This document shows, in pieces, positions 20,064 to 30,673 of a DNA stretch of 32,000 nucleotides. The notes under the pieces were generated by a model, which worked only from the letters and a program-made list of their open reading frames with translations, did no database searches and had not been told where the DNA came from. Every line of letters begins with the position of its first letter. Positions within the stretch are counted from its first letter, which is position 1. Where the stretch lies: assembly GCF_013365455.1 (NCBI RefSeq), contig NZ_CP046578.1:780001-812000 (forward strand), in the 5' to 3' direction. Both the position numbers and the translations under genes were made by a program. Origin of the DNA: Wolbachia endosymbiont of Dirofilaria (Dirofilaria) immitis (GTDB lineage Bacteria; Pseudomonadota; Alphaproteobacteria; Rickettsiales; Anaplasmataceae).

Positions 20064-21178
20064 CTACAAAACTGTAGGCCTGTATTTATTTTTAATTTTT
20101 TCCAATACTTTTTGATATGAAGAACCTAGTTCCTCATATGTATCAATATCCACTGACTGTAGTATCGTCAAAAATGAAAATAAACTTGGAGCAAGTAGTT
20201 CTTCCTTCGCACAATTCAGAAGACACAGTTCTATTTTTTTCATACAGTATTCTATTGTTTCTAATGATAGTAACAGACTTTCTGCATAAAATATGAAACT
20301 GTTTATAAACGGCTCTTTTGACTTTTTCGATAATTTTACATTTTTAAACAGTTCTTGTATAAATTCCTTCACCGACCGTTTCAATAAATGTAAGGAGAGA
20401 TCAATAAAAGATCTAAGGCCAAAATTTTATCCAAGTATTGTACTATAGCCTTATATACATTACTCTTATCTCTACTAATAGAAATAACAAAGACAAGCCC
20501 TTGTACATTAAGTAGATACTTTATGGATTCTAAAAAATCAACGATGAACTTAGGACGGCATATATCAAGGTCATCCACCATTATATAAATGCTTTTACCT
20601 TTTCTAATCTTATTAACTACCTTCATTAATTGTGTTTTAAAATCTTTGGTGTTTTCTTTGCTTTTTTGCAGAACATTCAATTCTCTCAACACAGCACCAA
20701 TATCCTTTTTATCAGCCTCTCTTGTGGCATTAAGCAGCACAGAAAGCATAGCAAGCGGAGACTTATTAATTAACCTTCCGAGTCTAAAGAAAATAGCTCC
20801 TGATTTATGTTCTTGAGCCGTTGTATAACGCTTCTCTTTATCTCATAAGATGAGAATAAATCCTCAAATAAGAAATTTAAAAAAGAAGGCAGAGGTTGGT
20901 CCAATGCACTAATGTCCCACGCACTATAATAAGCTGCTATTTCATTTTGTTGCTTTAATTCCTTCACCCACTCTTTCAAAAAAAAATGTCTTACCCCATC
21001 CATTATATCCATCTAAAGATATTATTGTAAAAGACTGATCAATTGTTTTAATTACAGTGTTAAACTTGCTTGAAAATTGCTTGTAGTTTAAGAGGTCATT
21101 TTCCCAAGCCATTATTTTAAGTAGTGATATCACTTCTTTCTTTCTAAAGGTTATTAGTGATATAAGTTTTTTAAACAC
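20064..21178 (-). pseudogene. Fragmented KAP-family P-loop NTPase
   Basis: Four collinear minus-strand fragments in different frames. (a) 20942..21178 has IISLDGYNGWGKTFFFE (Walker A). (b) 20770..21012 has HFFLKEWVKELKQQNEIAAYYSAWD (cf. KAP xYYNAWE). (c) 20381..20749 has IYIMVDDLDICRPKFIVDFLESIKYLLNVQGLVFVISISRDK (cf. KAP FIDDLDRCxPxxAVxxLExIKxxFxxxxxVFxxAxD). (d) 20064..20384 is a helical C-terminal fragment. Confidence 0.8.
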
Positions 21179-22213
21179 ATACCTAATTTCAATTCAACTC
21201 ATATTCTTATCTTGAAGTTAAGAACTGCTTTTAGTGCTCCCTCATCTAAGTAATCAATTTCCCCACTATTGGTAGTATAATGCAAGCAAGGTGTGCATTC
21301 TTACATCTAACTTCTTAATAACTTAATTATATATTATACTGTAATCTGACCTTATGATGTTAGATTAATTATAATAATTACCTCTCTAATTTTAGATTCC
21401 GCACTCCTTTAGGAATAGCATTAAGGCTAAGAGCTCTTTCAGTTCAACACCATTCATTGCAGATAATCTACCAGCCAGAACTACAGTACATACTACAAAA
21501 TATATGTCCCCTTCTCAAACGCCCATAGATCACCTAACTCTTCTACTACACACATTAACTTATTGTCATGTTCTAGATCAATATAAATGACAAGGCGATT
21601 TACTACTATCAGATTCCCGTAAACTTCACGCTTTACTATAAGATCGACTAGCTCTTTTAATCAAGAATACAAGTGGCAGCATAACCTTTTCTCTATTCTG
21701 AAGTAAATATATAACCAACCTATGTGATGATGACAGCCATAAACTCAGCAATTTAGAGAAAGCATGAACTAAATTTTTTACATTAATATTCATTCCACAA
21801 ATTTAGAATAGACCATAAAATGGTAATATCAAATCCTTAATAAAAAAAAGCGGTAAGTTTTACTTAACCTTGCTTTGATTAGCTATAGAGAAAAACCACT
21901 CCTGCATACTTATACTATTATCATATTAAAGGTAGAGATATTAAAGAACTCAAAAACAACCACCTCTGCTTGTAGGCTTCTCTCCATTAAACAGCTAAAT
22001 TCAGTAAAACACGTATTCTTTCTGTACACATAAGTGCACACATGTCCTGCTTACAGGTCTACATCTTTTCTTAAACCTTTACCTATAATAGGACCACCAT
22101 ATCTAGCACCCTAAACTACATTTATAATTAGCTTAAGCTTTTGACAGACTTAAGTATTAATACACATAAAAAACAGAATGAACTTATGTTTTTGCACTAA
22201 CCACTTTACTAAC

Positions 22214-23212
22214 CTATTGAACAAGCCCTATAATGTCCTCAATTTCTTTTATGCTATGATCTGCAATCTCTGCTGCTTTTTCCGTACCTCTTTTTAATAT
22301 TTCATATAAATAGAACTGGTCTTTCAAGAGATTATTCATTTTTTCACGTATAGGTGATACAACACTGATAATTAAGTCAGCTAACTCTCTTTTAAAATGC
22401 TTCATATCATATTTATTCATTTCTTCACACACTTTACTTACATCAAAATTACTGAGTGCTGAATAAATGTTTAACAAATTACTTACCTCCGGGCGGCATC
22501 TTAAAGTAGCAAAATCAAAGCCTAGTATTGAGTCTGTTTTTGCCTTTCTTATCTTTTTAATAATTAATCTATCCGTGTCATCAAGGTTAATACATGAACT
22601 CTTTGAAGGATCAGATTTACTCATCTTGCTTGCACCATCCCTTAAGCTCATTATCCTTGATGTGTGATCTAAAACTAGGATCTCAGGCACAATAAAATGA
22701 TCAAGCTTATAGTAATTATTGAAAGCTAACGCAATATCACGTGCAAGCTCTAAATGCTGTTTTTGATCATCACCAACAGGAACATACTTAGTTCGATATA
22801 GCAATATATCTGCAGCCATAAGTACCGGGTAACTATATAACCCTAAAGAGGCTTTTTGTTTACTACTGCCAGCCTTATCTTTAAATTGAGTCATACGGTT
22901 AAGCCAACCAACTGGTGTATAGCAGCCAAGCAGCCAACTCAGCTTAGTATGTCCACTAATTGTAGATTGACTAAAAATAATGGACTTTTCTGGATTTATT
23001 CCACACGCAATGTAAACTGCTGCCGTTTTCAAAATATTACCTTTTAATTCACTTGCAGAAAGCTTATTAGCCGTAATTGCATGTAAATCAACAATACAAA
23101 AAAGAGACTTATATTTATCCTGTAAACCTACCCATTGCTTGATTGCACCAAGATAATTACCCAAGTGTAGTACACCACTCGGTTGAATACCTGAAAAAAC
23201 AATATTACACAC
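22214..23212 (-). CDS. trpS: Tryptophanyl-tRNA synthetase
   Basis: FSGIQPSGVLHLGNYLGAIKQWVGLQ, SQSTISGHTKLSWLLGCYTPVGWLNRMTQFKDK, and DGASKMSKSDPSKSSCI (KMSKS). Confidence 0.97.
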   Translation of the reverse strand: MCNIVFSGIQPSGVLHLGNYLGAIKQWVGLQDKYKSLFCIVDLHAITANKLSASELKGNILKTAAVYIACGINPEKSIIFSQSTISGHTKLSWLLGCYTPVGWLNRMTQFKDKAGSSKQKASLGLYSYPVLMAADILLYRTKYVPVGDDQKQHLELARDIALAFNNYYKLDHFIVPEILVLDHTSRIMSLRDGASKMSKSDPSKSSCINLDDTDRLIIKKIRKAKTDSILGFDFATLRCRPEVSNLLNIYSALSNFDVSKVCEEMNKYDMKHFKRELADLIISVVSPIREKMNNLLKDQFYLYEILKRGTEKAAEIADHSIKEIEDIIGLVQ

Positions 23213-23224
23213 TATTTTGTTCTG

Positions 23225-23791
23225 CTAATTGTTTTCACAATCAGTAGATCTTTTAGAAATAACAACCATTGCAGGACGAAGTAACCTACTTTTAATAGTA
23301 TAACCAGTTTGTAAAACCTCCATGATAGTACCAACCTCTTTTTCATTATCCTCCTTCTCTATAATAGCTTGATGCAAATTACTATCAAAGAGTTCTCCAA
23401 TTGGATCCATTTCCTTTATTCCGTGTTTTTTGAGATCACTCATAATTTTTTGATGAGCTACTTTAATCCCTTCATGAACAGGATCACCATCTTCCAGATT
23501 TTCCATTACCCTTTTTAAATTATCGCAAGAGTCTATTACGTCACGTGCAAATTGTGTAACTGCATAATCACTTGCATCACTGATTTGTTTTTGCATTATA
23601 CGTTTGACGTTCTCATTGTCTGCAACGGCACGGCGCAAATGATCCTCAAGCTGAGCTGCGCGCTCCTTTAATGTACTAAGATTTTCGTTCAAATCATTAA
23701 TTTGGTTGCTGTCGTCTTGCTGGCCTTCACTTTCCTGCTTATTTAGCATATCAGTAAATTTCTTCCTTTTTTCCCTACTATCACTTGACAT
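23225..23791 (-). CDS. grpE: Nucleotide exchange factor GrpE
   Basis: RRAVADNENVKRIMQKQISDASDYAVTQFARDVIDSCDNLKRVME and C-terminal IGDLFDSNLHQAI...VMEVLQTGYTIKSRLLRPAMVVISK-like segment. Confidence 0.95.
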   Translation of the reverse strand: MSSDSREKRKKFTDMLNKQESEGQQDDSNQINDLNENLSTLKERAAQLEDHLRRAVADNENVKRIMQKQISDASDYAVTQFARDVIDSCDNLKRVMENLEDGDPVHEGIKVAHQKIMSDLKKHGIKEMDPIGELFDSNLHQAIIEKEDNEKEVGTIMEVLQTGYTIKSRLLRPAMVVISKRSTDCENN

Positions 23792-23801
23792 ATTATTACC
23801 T

Positions 23802-24830
23802 TTAAGAACCTAATAAATATATAGCAATTAATCTAAAAATATCAAGAACCAGCCAAGCTTGCCTTTCTATGCTCGCATTTAAAAAGTTAATCAAAGCAGT
23901 TTTATAAGGAGAATCAGAAAAAGCATCAATATTATTTTGTGCCATGCTAATATAATGCTTCGCTTTTTCTATAGAAAGCTCGACGGCATTATGGTAATTA
24001 ATATAGTACAATGCTTGATTAAAATCACGTTCAGCTGAAGAAAAACATTTTTCCCAAAATTCTCGCTCCACTGTATTGCTTTTTTCATACGCTATAATAG
24101 CAGGTAAAGTTACTTTGCCCTCAAAAAAGTCTTTTCCGACTTGTTTTCCAGAAGTACTCTGACTAGCAGTATAATCAAGCATGTCATCAATTATCTGAAA
24201 TGCCATACCAAAGTTAAACCCAAAACTCTTTAGTCTTTCTATCTCATCACTTGTAGCACCAGATATTACAGATGCAGCTTCACAACACGCAGAAAATAAA
24301 GATGCTGTTTTTTCTCCAATGATATCAAAATAACTTTCCCGAACAGTGTGAGGGTTAAAGTACGTCGTCATCTGCTTTATTTCACCCTTCACAAGTGAAC
24401 GCGATGCCCTAGATAAGATAGAGAGAACATTTAAATTTTTGCATTCTATGAGCCATCCAAACGCCAGAGTTAACAATAGATCACCAACTAAAATACTTGA
24501 TTTATCCCCCCAAATCTTATTTGCCGTCCTCACTCCATGACGCACTTCACTTTCATCAAGTACATCATCATGAAGCAAAGCAGCATTGTGTATAAACTCT
24601 ACCGATGCAGCAACTTTAATCTTATCCTCTCTAGAATAACCTAGCATTTTACATATAACAAAAACAAGTTTGGGCCTAATTTTTTTTCCACCAGACTTAA
24701 TAAGATGAGATATAACATCAGTAGCAAATTTAATATCTTCATTATTAACACTATTAAAGATAAAATCCTTCATAGCCAACAAATCAGAAGATACAACATT
24801 ATCTAATATATCATTATTTGCTGACAGCAT
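23802..24830 (-). CDS. Polyprenyl synthetase family protein (long-chain isoprenyl diphosphate synthase)
   Basis: GGKKIRPKLVFVICKMLG, HNAALLHDDVLDESEVRHG (first Asp-rich motif), GEIKQM, and FQIIDDMLDYT (second Asp-rich motif). Confidence 0.93.
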   Translation of the reverse strand: MLSANNDILDNVVSSDLLAMKDFIFNSVNNEDIKFATDVISHLIKSGGKKIRPKLVFVICKMLGYSREDKIKVAASVEFIHNAALLHDDVLDESEVRHGVRTANKIWGDKSSILVGDLLLTLAFGWLIECKNLNVLSILSRASRSLVKGEIKQMTTYFNPHTVRESYFDIIGEKTASLFSACCEAASVISGATSDEIERLKSFGFNFGMAFQIIDDMLDYTASQSTSGKQVGKDFFEGKVTLPAIIAYEKSNTVEREFWEKCFSSAERDFNQALYYINYHNAVELSIEKAKHYISMAQNNIDAFSDSPYKTALINFLNASIERQAWLVLDIFRLIAIYLLGS

Positions 24831-24839
24831 TAAAGAGAC

Positions 24840-25160
24840 TTACGCCTCTTGTTCTTCTACTTTCTTCCTTCCTGCCTCTTTTAGTTCCACCTTTCTTTTT
24901 TCTGCTTCTAAAGTTAGAAGACCATTTTTGATAAACCATAACACTCTTTTAGTTGCTTGCGCACCTATACTTAGCCAATATTTTAACCTATCAGCTCTTA
25001 CCATAACGCGTTTTTTATCATCTTTTGCTAACATTGGATCATACTGTCCTATTCTTTCAATAAAGCGTCCATCTCTTGGTGCACGCGAATCAGCCACAAT
25101 TATTCTGTAAAAAGGGCGTTTCTTTGCACCAAATCTTGCTAACCTTATCTTAACTACCAT
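24840..25160 (-). CDS. rpsP: 30S ribosomal protein S16
   Basis: [43 protein letters not shown]. Confidence 0.97.
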   Translation of the reverse strand: MVVKIRLARFGAKKRPFYRIIVADSRAPRDGRFIERIGQYDPMLAKDDKKRVMVRADRLKYWLSIGAQATKRVLWFIKNGLLTLEAEKRKVELKEAGRKKVEEQEA

Positions 25161-26560
25161 GTTAACCTTTATTCATACGTTACTTACAACTTTACACAAT
25201 AAACAGTTCAAGTCAAATAAATTATACAACTTTTACACCTCATAATAATACGCAGAGCATCTAAAGTGTATTATTGCATAATTCACGAAATAACCCTAGA
25301 ATTTCAAAGTTTGTGAGGTTTTAGTATCCAACCTAATTTATCACCTAGCTAGTCTTTTATTTACAGCCACGAAAAGTAACCTTAGCTTTTAGAAAAATTG
25401 ATACATATTTCAGTTTTGCAGACAAAGCACTGGTAGGTGTAGGTAAAAAGATCCATCATATGTAACAGTCAGCATACAATTGCGGAAGAAATAGTAATAA
25501 AACAAAAATAAGCATCATACCTGTATTACTTTTAATAAAGTCATTATCAGTGTCAAAATTATTATCCTCCCTAGTTATTTCTTAATAGAAATAAGAAAGT
25601 CAGATAGAGTTTTTTGTTAAAGATGTAAGCACTTTCAACTGGTAGCGAATCTAGAATTAGAAAGTGTACCCTTTCACTTAGAATCATAGCCAACATTGCA
25701 CAACTTTCTTCTTTCAAGTATCTTTAGCTCATTTAACAACAACAATAAAAAAATAAAAACATAAAATTTTTAATTACTGACTCCATATAAACAATGTACA
25801 ATAACAAAAATTACACTAGCACTAGACACTGCAATACAGGTCCACACCTAAGCTCATAAATTGACTTATTCTCTCTGAAACAGTATGATATTTTTTCTTT
25901 AACAGTTTGCCATATAACCAAGAAATAGATAAATAACACAGACTTAAAACTTTAGAACACATGGCAGATACGATACTGCATCTCAAGTGTTACCTAAAAT
26001 AATTTGGCTCCACCATAATAAAATTGACATTTTTAAAATACTTGAAGCAGGGCTTACACTCATTGGCAACCCATTAACATTATTTCTAGCAGGCAACCTT
26101 TAATAAGGAAGTTGTCGGCAACGCTACATTTGCAGAATTAAGAGTTTTAAACCAACTCTGATAAAAGTCCAAATATTGAATAGTAGGAACAAAATATGAA
26201 AAATCTAAGGAGAGAAGTAGTTGAATGAAGCACGATTGATTAGCTATTATCATTACAGAATATCTTTACACAAAAAAGAAGTGCACCCTGAGCATTATTA
26301 TTAGGAACTAAAAATAAGAATTACCAGTTGATTTTGCTGCTTCTTTAAAGCATAATAAATCCATTATTACCAGCTTCTCCAATAATCTATGGTAGAAGCA
26401 GCACACTTTTAGATGAAGAAAAGTACCCCCATATGCTGACTTTAAGCTTAAGAAGCAAAAAAAATATGGCTCAAAAAGCTATACTAATCTAAAACAGAAA
26501 CTATCTTTTTTACAATATTAATAATTAAGTCTGATCACATAAAAGAGCTGAGAAAAACCT

Positions 26561-27496
26561 TCAATCACAGTTAAACAACGCTTTAGCAAATTCCTTGCTA
26601 GTGAATTCTCTTAGGTCCTCTATATTTTCGCCAATTCCTATAGCATATAACTTCACCTTATAAACTTCTGCAAGTCCAATCACCACTCCACCCTTAGCAG
26701 TGCCATCTAATTTTGTTATGATTAGCCCAGTCACACTCACCATCTTACTAAATGCCTCCAACTGGCTATAAGCATTTTGGCCAGTAGTTGCATCAAGAAT
26801 TAAAATAACATCATGAGGAGCAGTATCATCCAACTTCTTTACCGTTCTATATATTTTTGATAGCTCTCCCATAAGGTTCACATTATTTTGTAACCTACCT
26901 GCTGTATCAATCAGAACAACATCAACGTTATCTTTCATAGCTTGACTTACAGCTTTATATGCTACACTTGCAGAATCACTACCGTATTCTCCAGTCACAA
27001 CAGGACAACCAGAACGTTCTGCCCAAATATTCAACTGTTCACTAGCAGCAGCTCTAAATGTATCACATGCAACTAGTACAACTGACTTTCCCATTTCTTT
27101 ATATTTATACGCAAGTTTACCTATAGTTGTAGTTTTACCATTACCATTTACCCCACATACCATTATTATATGTGGCCTCTTGTTTAAAATTAGCGGTTGT
27201 ATAACAGGGCTTAATATAGCTTCTATTTCATTCATTAATTGCCGTATAACAGTATTATGTTCAACTTCGTTGTCAAACCTGATATTTACAAGCCTATCAA
27301 TAATTGACTTGGAAGCTTTATGACCAATATCCATACTTATTAGAAGATCTTCCAGCTCACTCAAAAGCGACTGATCTAGTCTTTTTTTTCCAGAAAAAAT
27401 ACTTTTTATCCCATTGCTAAAGTGAGAAGAAGTTTTTAACAAGCCTTTATAAAGGTTACTAAATAGACTCAAGCAAATACTCCCCTTAAAATCCAA
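26561..27496 (-). CDS. ftsY: Signal recognition particle receptor FtsY
   Basis: VCGVNGNGKTTTIGKLAYKY, ACDTFRAAASEQL, DTAGRLQNNVNLMGELSK, and ITKLDGTAKGGVVIGLAEVYKVKLYAIGIGENIEDL(R)EFTSKEFAKAL. Confidence 0.96.
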   Translation of the reverse strand: MDFKGSICLSLFSNLYKGLLKTSSHFSNGIKSIFSGKKRLDQSLLSELEDLLISMDIGHKASKSIIDRLVNIRFDNEVEHNTVIRQLMNEIEAILSPVIQPLILNKRPHIIMVCGVNGNGKTTTIGKLAYKYKEMGKSVVLVACDTFRAAASEQLNIWAERSGCPVVTGEYGSDSASVAYKAVSQAMKDNVDVVLIDTAGRLQNNVNLMGELSKIYRTVKKLDDTAPHDVILILDATTGQNAYSQLEAFSKMVSVTGLIITKLDGTAKGGVVIGLAEVYKVKLYAIGIGENIEDLREFTSKEFAKALFNCD

Positions 27497-27653
27497 ATTT
27501 AATATAAAAATACACGCACTAAGTATGCTTCAAAACAAGTATACTTGCCTATGACATGTTTTGTAAGTAAAATATACTAATCACAAGCGTGTTTTTCTTT
27601 AGTTTCTAAACTAAATGTATTATAATGAAAAATAGTAGTTTATAGGTAATTTT

Positions 27654-28046
27654 ATGAGTTATAACGAGAAAATTTTAGATCACTATGAAAATCCAAGGAA
27701 CGTTGGTTCTCTAGACAAGAATGATCCAAACGTTGGCACTGGTTTAGTAGGGGCACCATCATGCGGTGATGTCATGAAATTACAAATAAAAATTAACAAT
27801 AAAGGCGTTATTGAAGATGCAAAATTTAAAACTTTTGGTTGCGGTTCAGCTATTGCTTCAAGTTCTTTGCTCACAGAGATAATCAAAGGTAAAACCATCG
27901 AAGATGTAGCACAGGTAAAGAATACTCAAATAGTGAAAGAATTATCTTTACCACCAGTCAAGATACACTGTTCAGTGCTTGCTGAAGATGCTATAAAAGC
28001 TGCTATTCATGATTATCAAAGCAAACAAACTAAAATTAATAGCTAA
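27654..28046 (+). CDS. iscU: Fe-S cluster assembly scaffold IscU
   Basis: MSYNEKILDHYENPRNVGS, conserved Cys in GAPSCGDVMKLQI, FKTFGCGSAIASSSLLTE and LPPVKIHCSVLAEDAI (LPPVK HscA-binding motif). Confidence 0.97.
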   Translation: MSYNEKILDHYENPRNVGSLDKNDPNVGTGLVGAPSCGDVMKLQIKINNKGVIEDAKFKTFGCGSAIASSSLLTEIIKGKTIEDVAQVKNTQIVKELSLPPVKIHCSVLAEDAIKAAIHDYQSKQTKINS

Positions 28047-28052
28047 AAAGTT

Positions 28053-28457
28053 ATGGGCGAGTATCAAGGATTAAATTCTGAAAAGAAAGATAAAAAACCT
28101 ATCACCATCACTACAAATGCAGTAAAGAGGATAAGGTATTTACTGGATCAAAAACAGCATAATAACTTAAAAAAAACAGAAAAAGCAATAGGAATAAGAG
28201 TGCTAATTAAACAAAAAGGATGTTCTGGTTTAAAATATGATATTGAATATGCATATAATGCTCGCCCCTTAGAGTCAGTAATTGAAGAAAGATGTAGTAA
28301 TGGCCAAAAAGTCAAAATATTAATCGATCCGAAGTCTATCATGTTTATACTTGGCTCTGAAATGGATTATGTAGAGGAAAAATTCTCATCAGGTTTTATT
28401 TTCAAAAACCCTAATGAAAAAGGAAAATGTGGTTGTGGGAGAAGTTTTTATGTTTAG
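28053..28457 (+). CDS. iscA: Fe-S cluster assembly A-type carrier IscA
   Basis: KQKGCSGLKYDIEYA and C-terminal NPNEKGKCGCGRSFYV with the conserved C-x-C pair. Confidence 0.93.
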   Translation: MGEYQGLNSEKKDKKPITITTNAVKRIRYLLDQKQHNNLKKTEKAIGIRVLIKQKGCSGLKYDIEYAYNARPLESVIEERCSNGQKVKILIDPKSIMFILGSEMDYVEEKFSSGFIFKNPNEKGKCGCGRSFYV

Positions 28458-28908
28458 CAACCATTTCTTACTGTTTGAAATCGAACCAGCTTTCAATATC
28501 AACTTTGATGAGCTAGAGAAAAAATATATTAAGCTAATCAAGGCTGACATAAACGAAGGAGAGTCCAAAAACATGAAAAGTATAAATAAAGCTTACCAAG
28601 TGCTAAAGTCCCCACTAAAACGGGCTGAGCATTTGTTAGATCTTCTTAGTATGAAAAGCCAAAAGAATTATACAAATTCTGAAATATTAAATGAATCAAT
28701 AGAAATAAGAGAATACTTGCTAGATTGCAATGACCTGCAATTTGCAAACAAGATGATTGATGAAAAGATAAAAGATTGTACTAAAAAACTAATTAATGCT
28801 TTTGCTGCAAAAAATTTTGATGAAGCTATGATGCAAGTTTCAAGATTAAAGTATCTATATAAATCATTTGAGGAGGTAAAGAAAAGTGCAACTAACCCAA
28901 GTTTCTGA
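28450..28908 (+). CDS. hscB: HscB-like J-domain co-chaperone with divergent N-terminal domain
   Basis: Between iscA and hscA. SINKAYQVLKSPLKRAEHLLDLL is the characteristic HscB motif. The start at ATG 28450 (MFSNHFLLFEIEPAFNINFDEL) is preferred over 28414 and overlaps the iscA stop. Confidence 0.88.
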   Translation: MFSNHFLLFEIEPAFNINFDELEKKYIKLIKADINEGESKNMKSINKAYQVLKSPLKRAEHLLDLLSMKSQKNYTNSEILNESIEIREYLLDCNDLQFANKMIDEKIKDCTKKLINAFAAKNFDEAMMQVSRLKYLYKSFEEVKKSATNPSF

Positions 28909-30673
28909 ACCAAATTTAAGTGAAGTAGTTTTTGGTATAGATCTTGGCACTACCAATTCTTTAATTGCTGCAGTTAATAAAGCTGGTAATGTGGAGATAT
29001 TTAAAGATGAGCAGGGAAGAGAGTTACTGCCCTCTGTCATTTCATATAAAAATAATATATTAAAAATAGGCTACGACGCTAGCTCAGATGCAATATATTC
29101 AGTAAAGCGCTTAATGGGCAAAAGTGTTAAAGATTTAAATAAAGGAGGTATCAATTTTGAAATAGATGAGGAAAGTGAAAAAGTTATTAGGATAAAATGC
29201 ACAGAGAATAGGTATCTTACTCCTGTTGAGATTTCTGCTGAGATATTGAAAGCTTTGTGTGAGAGAATAAAAAAGTCTACAGGGATGAAAGTAAAAAAAG
29301 CAGTAATTACTGTACCGGCTTATTTTGATGATTCAGCACGTAATGCAACAAAATATGCAGCAAAGTTAGCTGGTATAGAGGTTCTTCGCCTAATCAATGA
29401 GCCAACTGCTGCTGCGCTTTCTTACTCAATTGAAAAGAATAATACCAGTGGAATATATGCAGTTTATGACCTTGGTGGTGGAACATTTGATATTTCAATA
29501 TTAAAGTTACATCAAGGAGTGTTTCAAGTCCTTGCGGTTAACGGTGATATCGAACTTGGTGGTGATGATTTTGATCATCTACTAAGTTTAATTGTGCTAT
29601 CTAAGTATAGAGAAAAGACAAATTTAAGCGAAGAACGTCCTAATGTTATTACAATACGTGATATTGGGATTTATAATGTACGCATTGCAAAAGAATACCT
29701 AAGTAAAAATGCATCAGGCATTTTTACCTTTAACATCAACGGTGAATTATTTGAATGCAAAATCATCAAAGAAGAATTTGAACAGGCAATTACCCCCTTA
29801 GTTAACAGAACTATCGATATAGTTATTCGTACTATACATGATATAGATCTTAAAATTGATAATATAAAAGGAGTAATTTTAGTTGGTGGTGCAACTAAAG
29901 TGCCATTAGTACAAAATTCACTACTGACACTCTTTGGAAATAAAATACTGAGCAACGTAGATCCAGACAAAGCAGTCGTAATTGGAGCAGCTTTACAGGC
30001 TCACGTTTTAACTTCAGGCTCAAAAGATAAGAGTATTCTTCTCGACGTCCTACCCTTATCACTTGGCGTAGAAACTATAGGAGGAATAGTCGAAAAAATT
30101 ATACCAAGAAATACGCCACTACCAGTTTCAGAGACAAAAGAGTTTACAACTTATGCTCACGGGCAAACAGCAATGAAAATTCATGTTTGTCAGGGAGAAC
30201 GTGAAATGATAGAAGATAATAAGTCTCTAGCGCAGTTTGAGCTAAAAGGCATACCTCCACTACCTGCAGGTTCTGCAAAGGTTGAAATAGAATTTACAGT
30301 TAATGTTGACGGGATATTAGCTGTTACTGCAAGAGAAAAAAGCACTGGCATTGAACAGACAGTTGAAATAAATTCAAGCTTTGGCTTAAGTGAAGCTGAG
30401 ATTCAAGATATGGTTAACCAATCAATAAATAATTTTGATGAAGATATGAAAGCTCGCTCTCTTGCAGAAGCCAAAGTTAATGGAAATAAATTTATACATT
30501 TGATTGAAAGCAATAATAGTCTTTTTATTGACCAAAGATTAAAGAACTTACTACAAAACGCAAAAAATGCCTTACAGGAAAATGATCTAAATAAAATCAA
30601 TAATGCTATCACTGAGTTAGAAAACTTTTCTTTAAAGTTACGTAAATTAACAAATAGACAAAGTTCTACATGA
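28886..30673 (+). CDS. hscA: Fe-S assembly Hsp70-type chaperone HscA
   Basis: VFGIDLGTTNSLIAAVN, DEQGRELLPSVISY, VPAYFDDSARNATKYAAKLAGIEVLRLINEPTAAALSY, YDLGGGTFDISILKL, and LPLSLGVETIGGIVEKIIPRNTPLP. Confidence 0.97.
   Translation: MQLTQVSEPNLSEVVFGIDLGTTNSLIAAVNKAGNVEIFKDEQGRELLPSVISYKNNILKIGYDASSDAIYSVKRLMGKSVKDLNKGGINFEIDEESEKVIRIKCTENRYLTPVEISAEILKALCERIKKSTGMKVKKAVITVPAYFDDSARNATKYAAKLAGIEVLRLINEPTAAALSYSIEKNNTSGIYAVYDLGGGTFDISILKLHQGVFQVLAVNGDIELGGDDFDHLLSLIVLSKYREKTNLSEERPNVITIRDIGIYNVRIAKEYLSKNASGIFTFNINGELFECKIIKEEFEQAITPLVNRTIDIVIRTIHDIDLKIDNIKGVILVGGATKVPLVQNSLLTLFGNKILSNVDPDKAVVIGAALQAHVLTSGSKDKSILLDVLPLSLGVETIGGIVEKIIPRNTPLPVSETKEFTTYAHGQTAMKIHVCQGEREMIEDNKSLAQFELKGIPPLPAGSAKVEIEFTVNVDGILAVTAREKSTGIEQTVEINSSFGLSEAEIQDMVNQSINNFDEDMKARSLAEAKVNGNKFIHLIESNNSLFIDQRLKNLLQNAKNALQENDLNKINNAITELENFSLKLRKLTNRQSST

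Noticed and set aside
20589-20816. Plus-strand 75-aa ORF
   Set aside because: Antisense to the KAP NTPase Walker B fragment, which has clear homology features.
28668-28913. Minus-strand 81-aa ORF, and those at 27683, 28148, 28389, 29671, 30403 and 30670
   Set aside because: All are antisense shadows of iscU, iscA, hscB, hscA or lepB.
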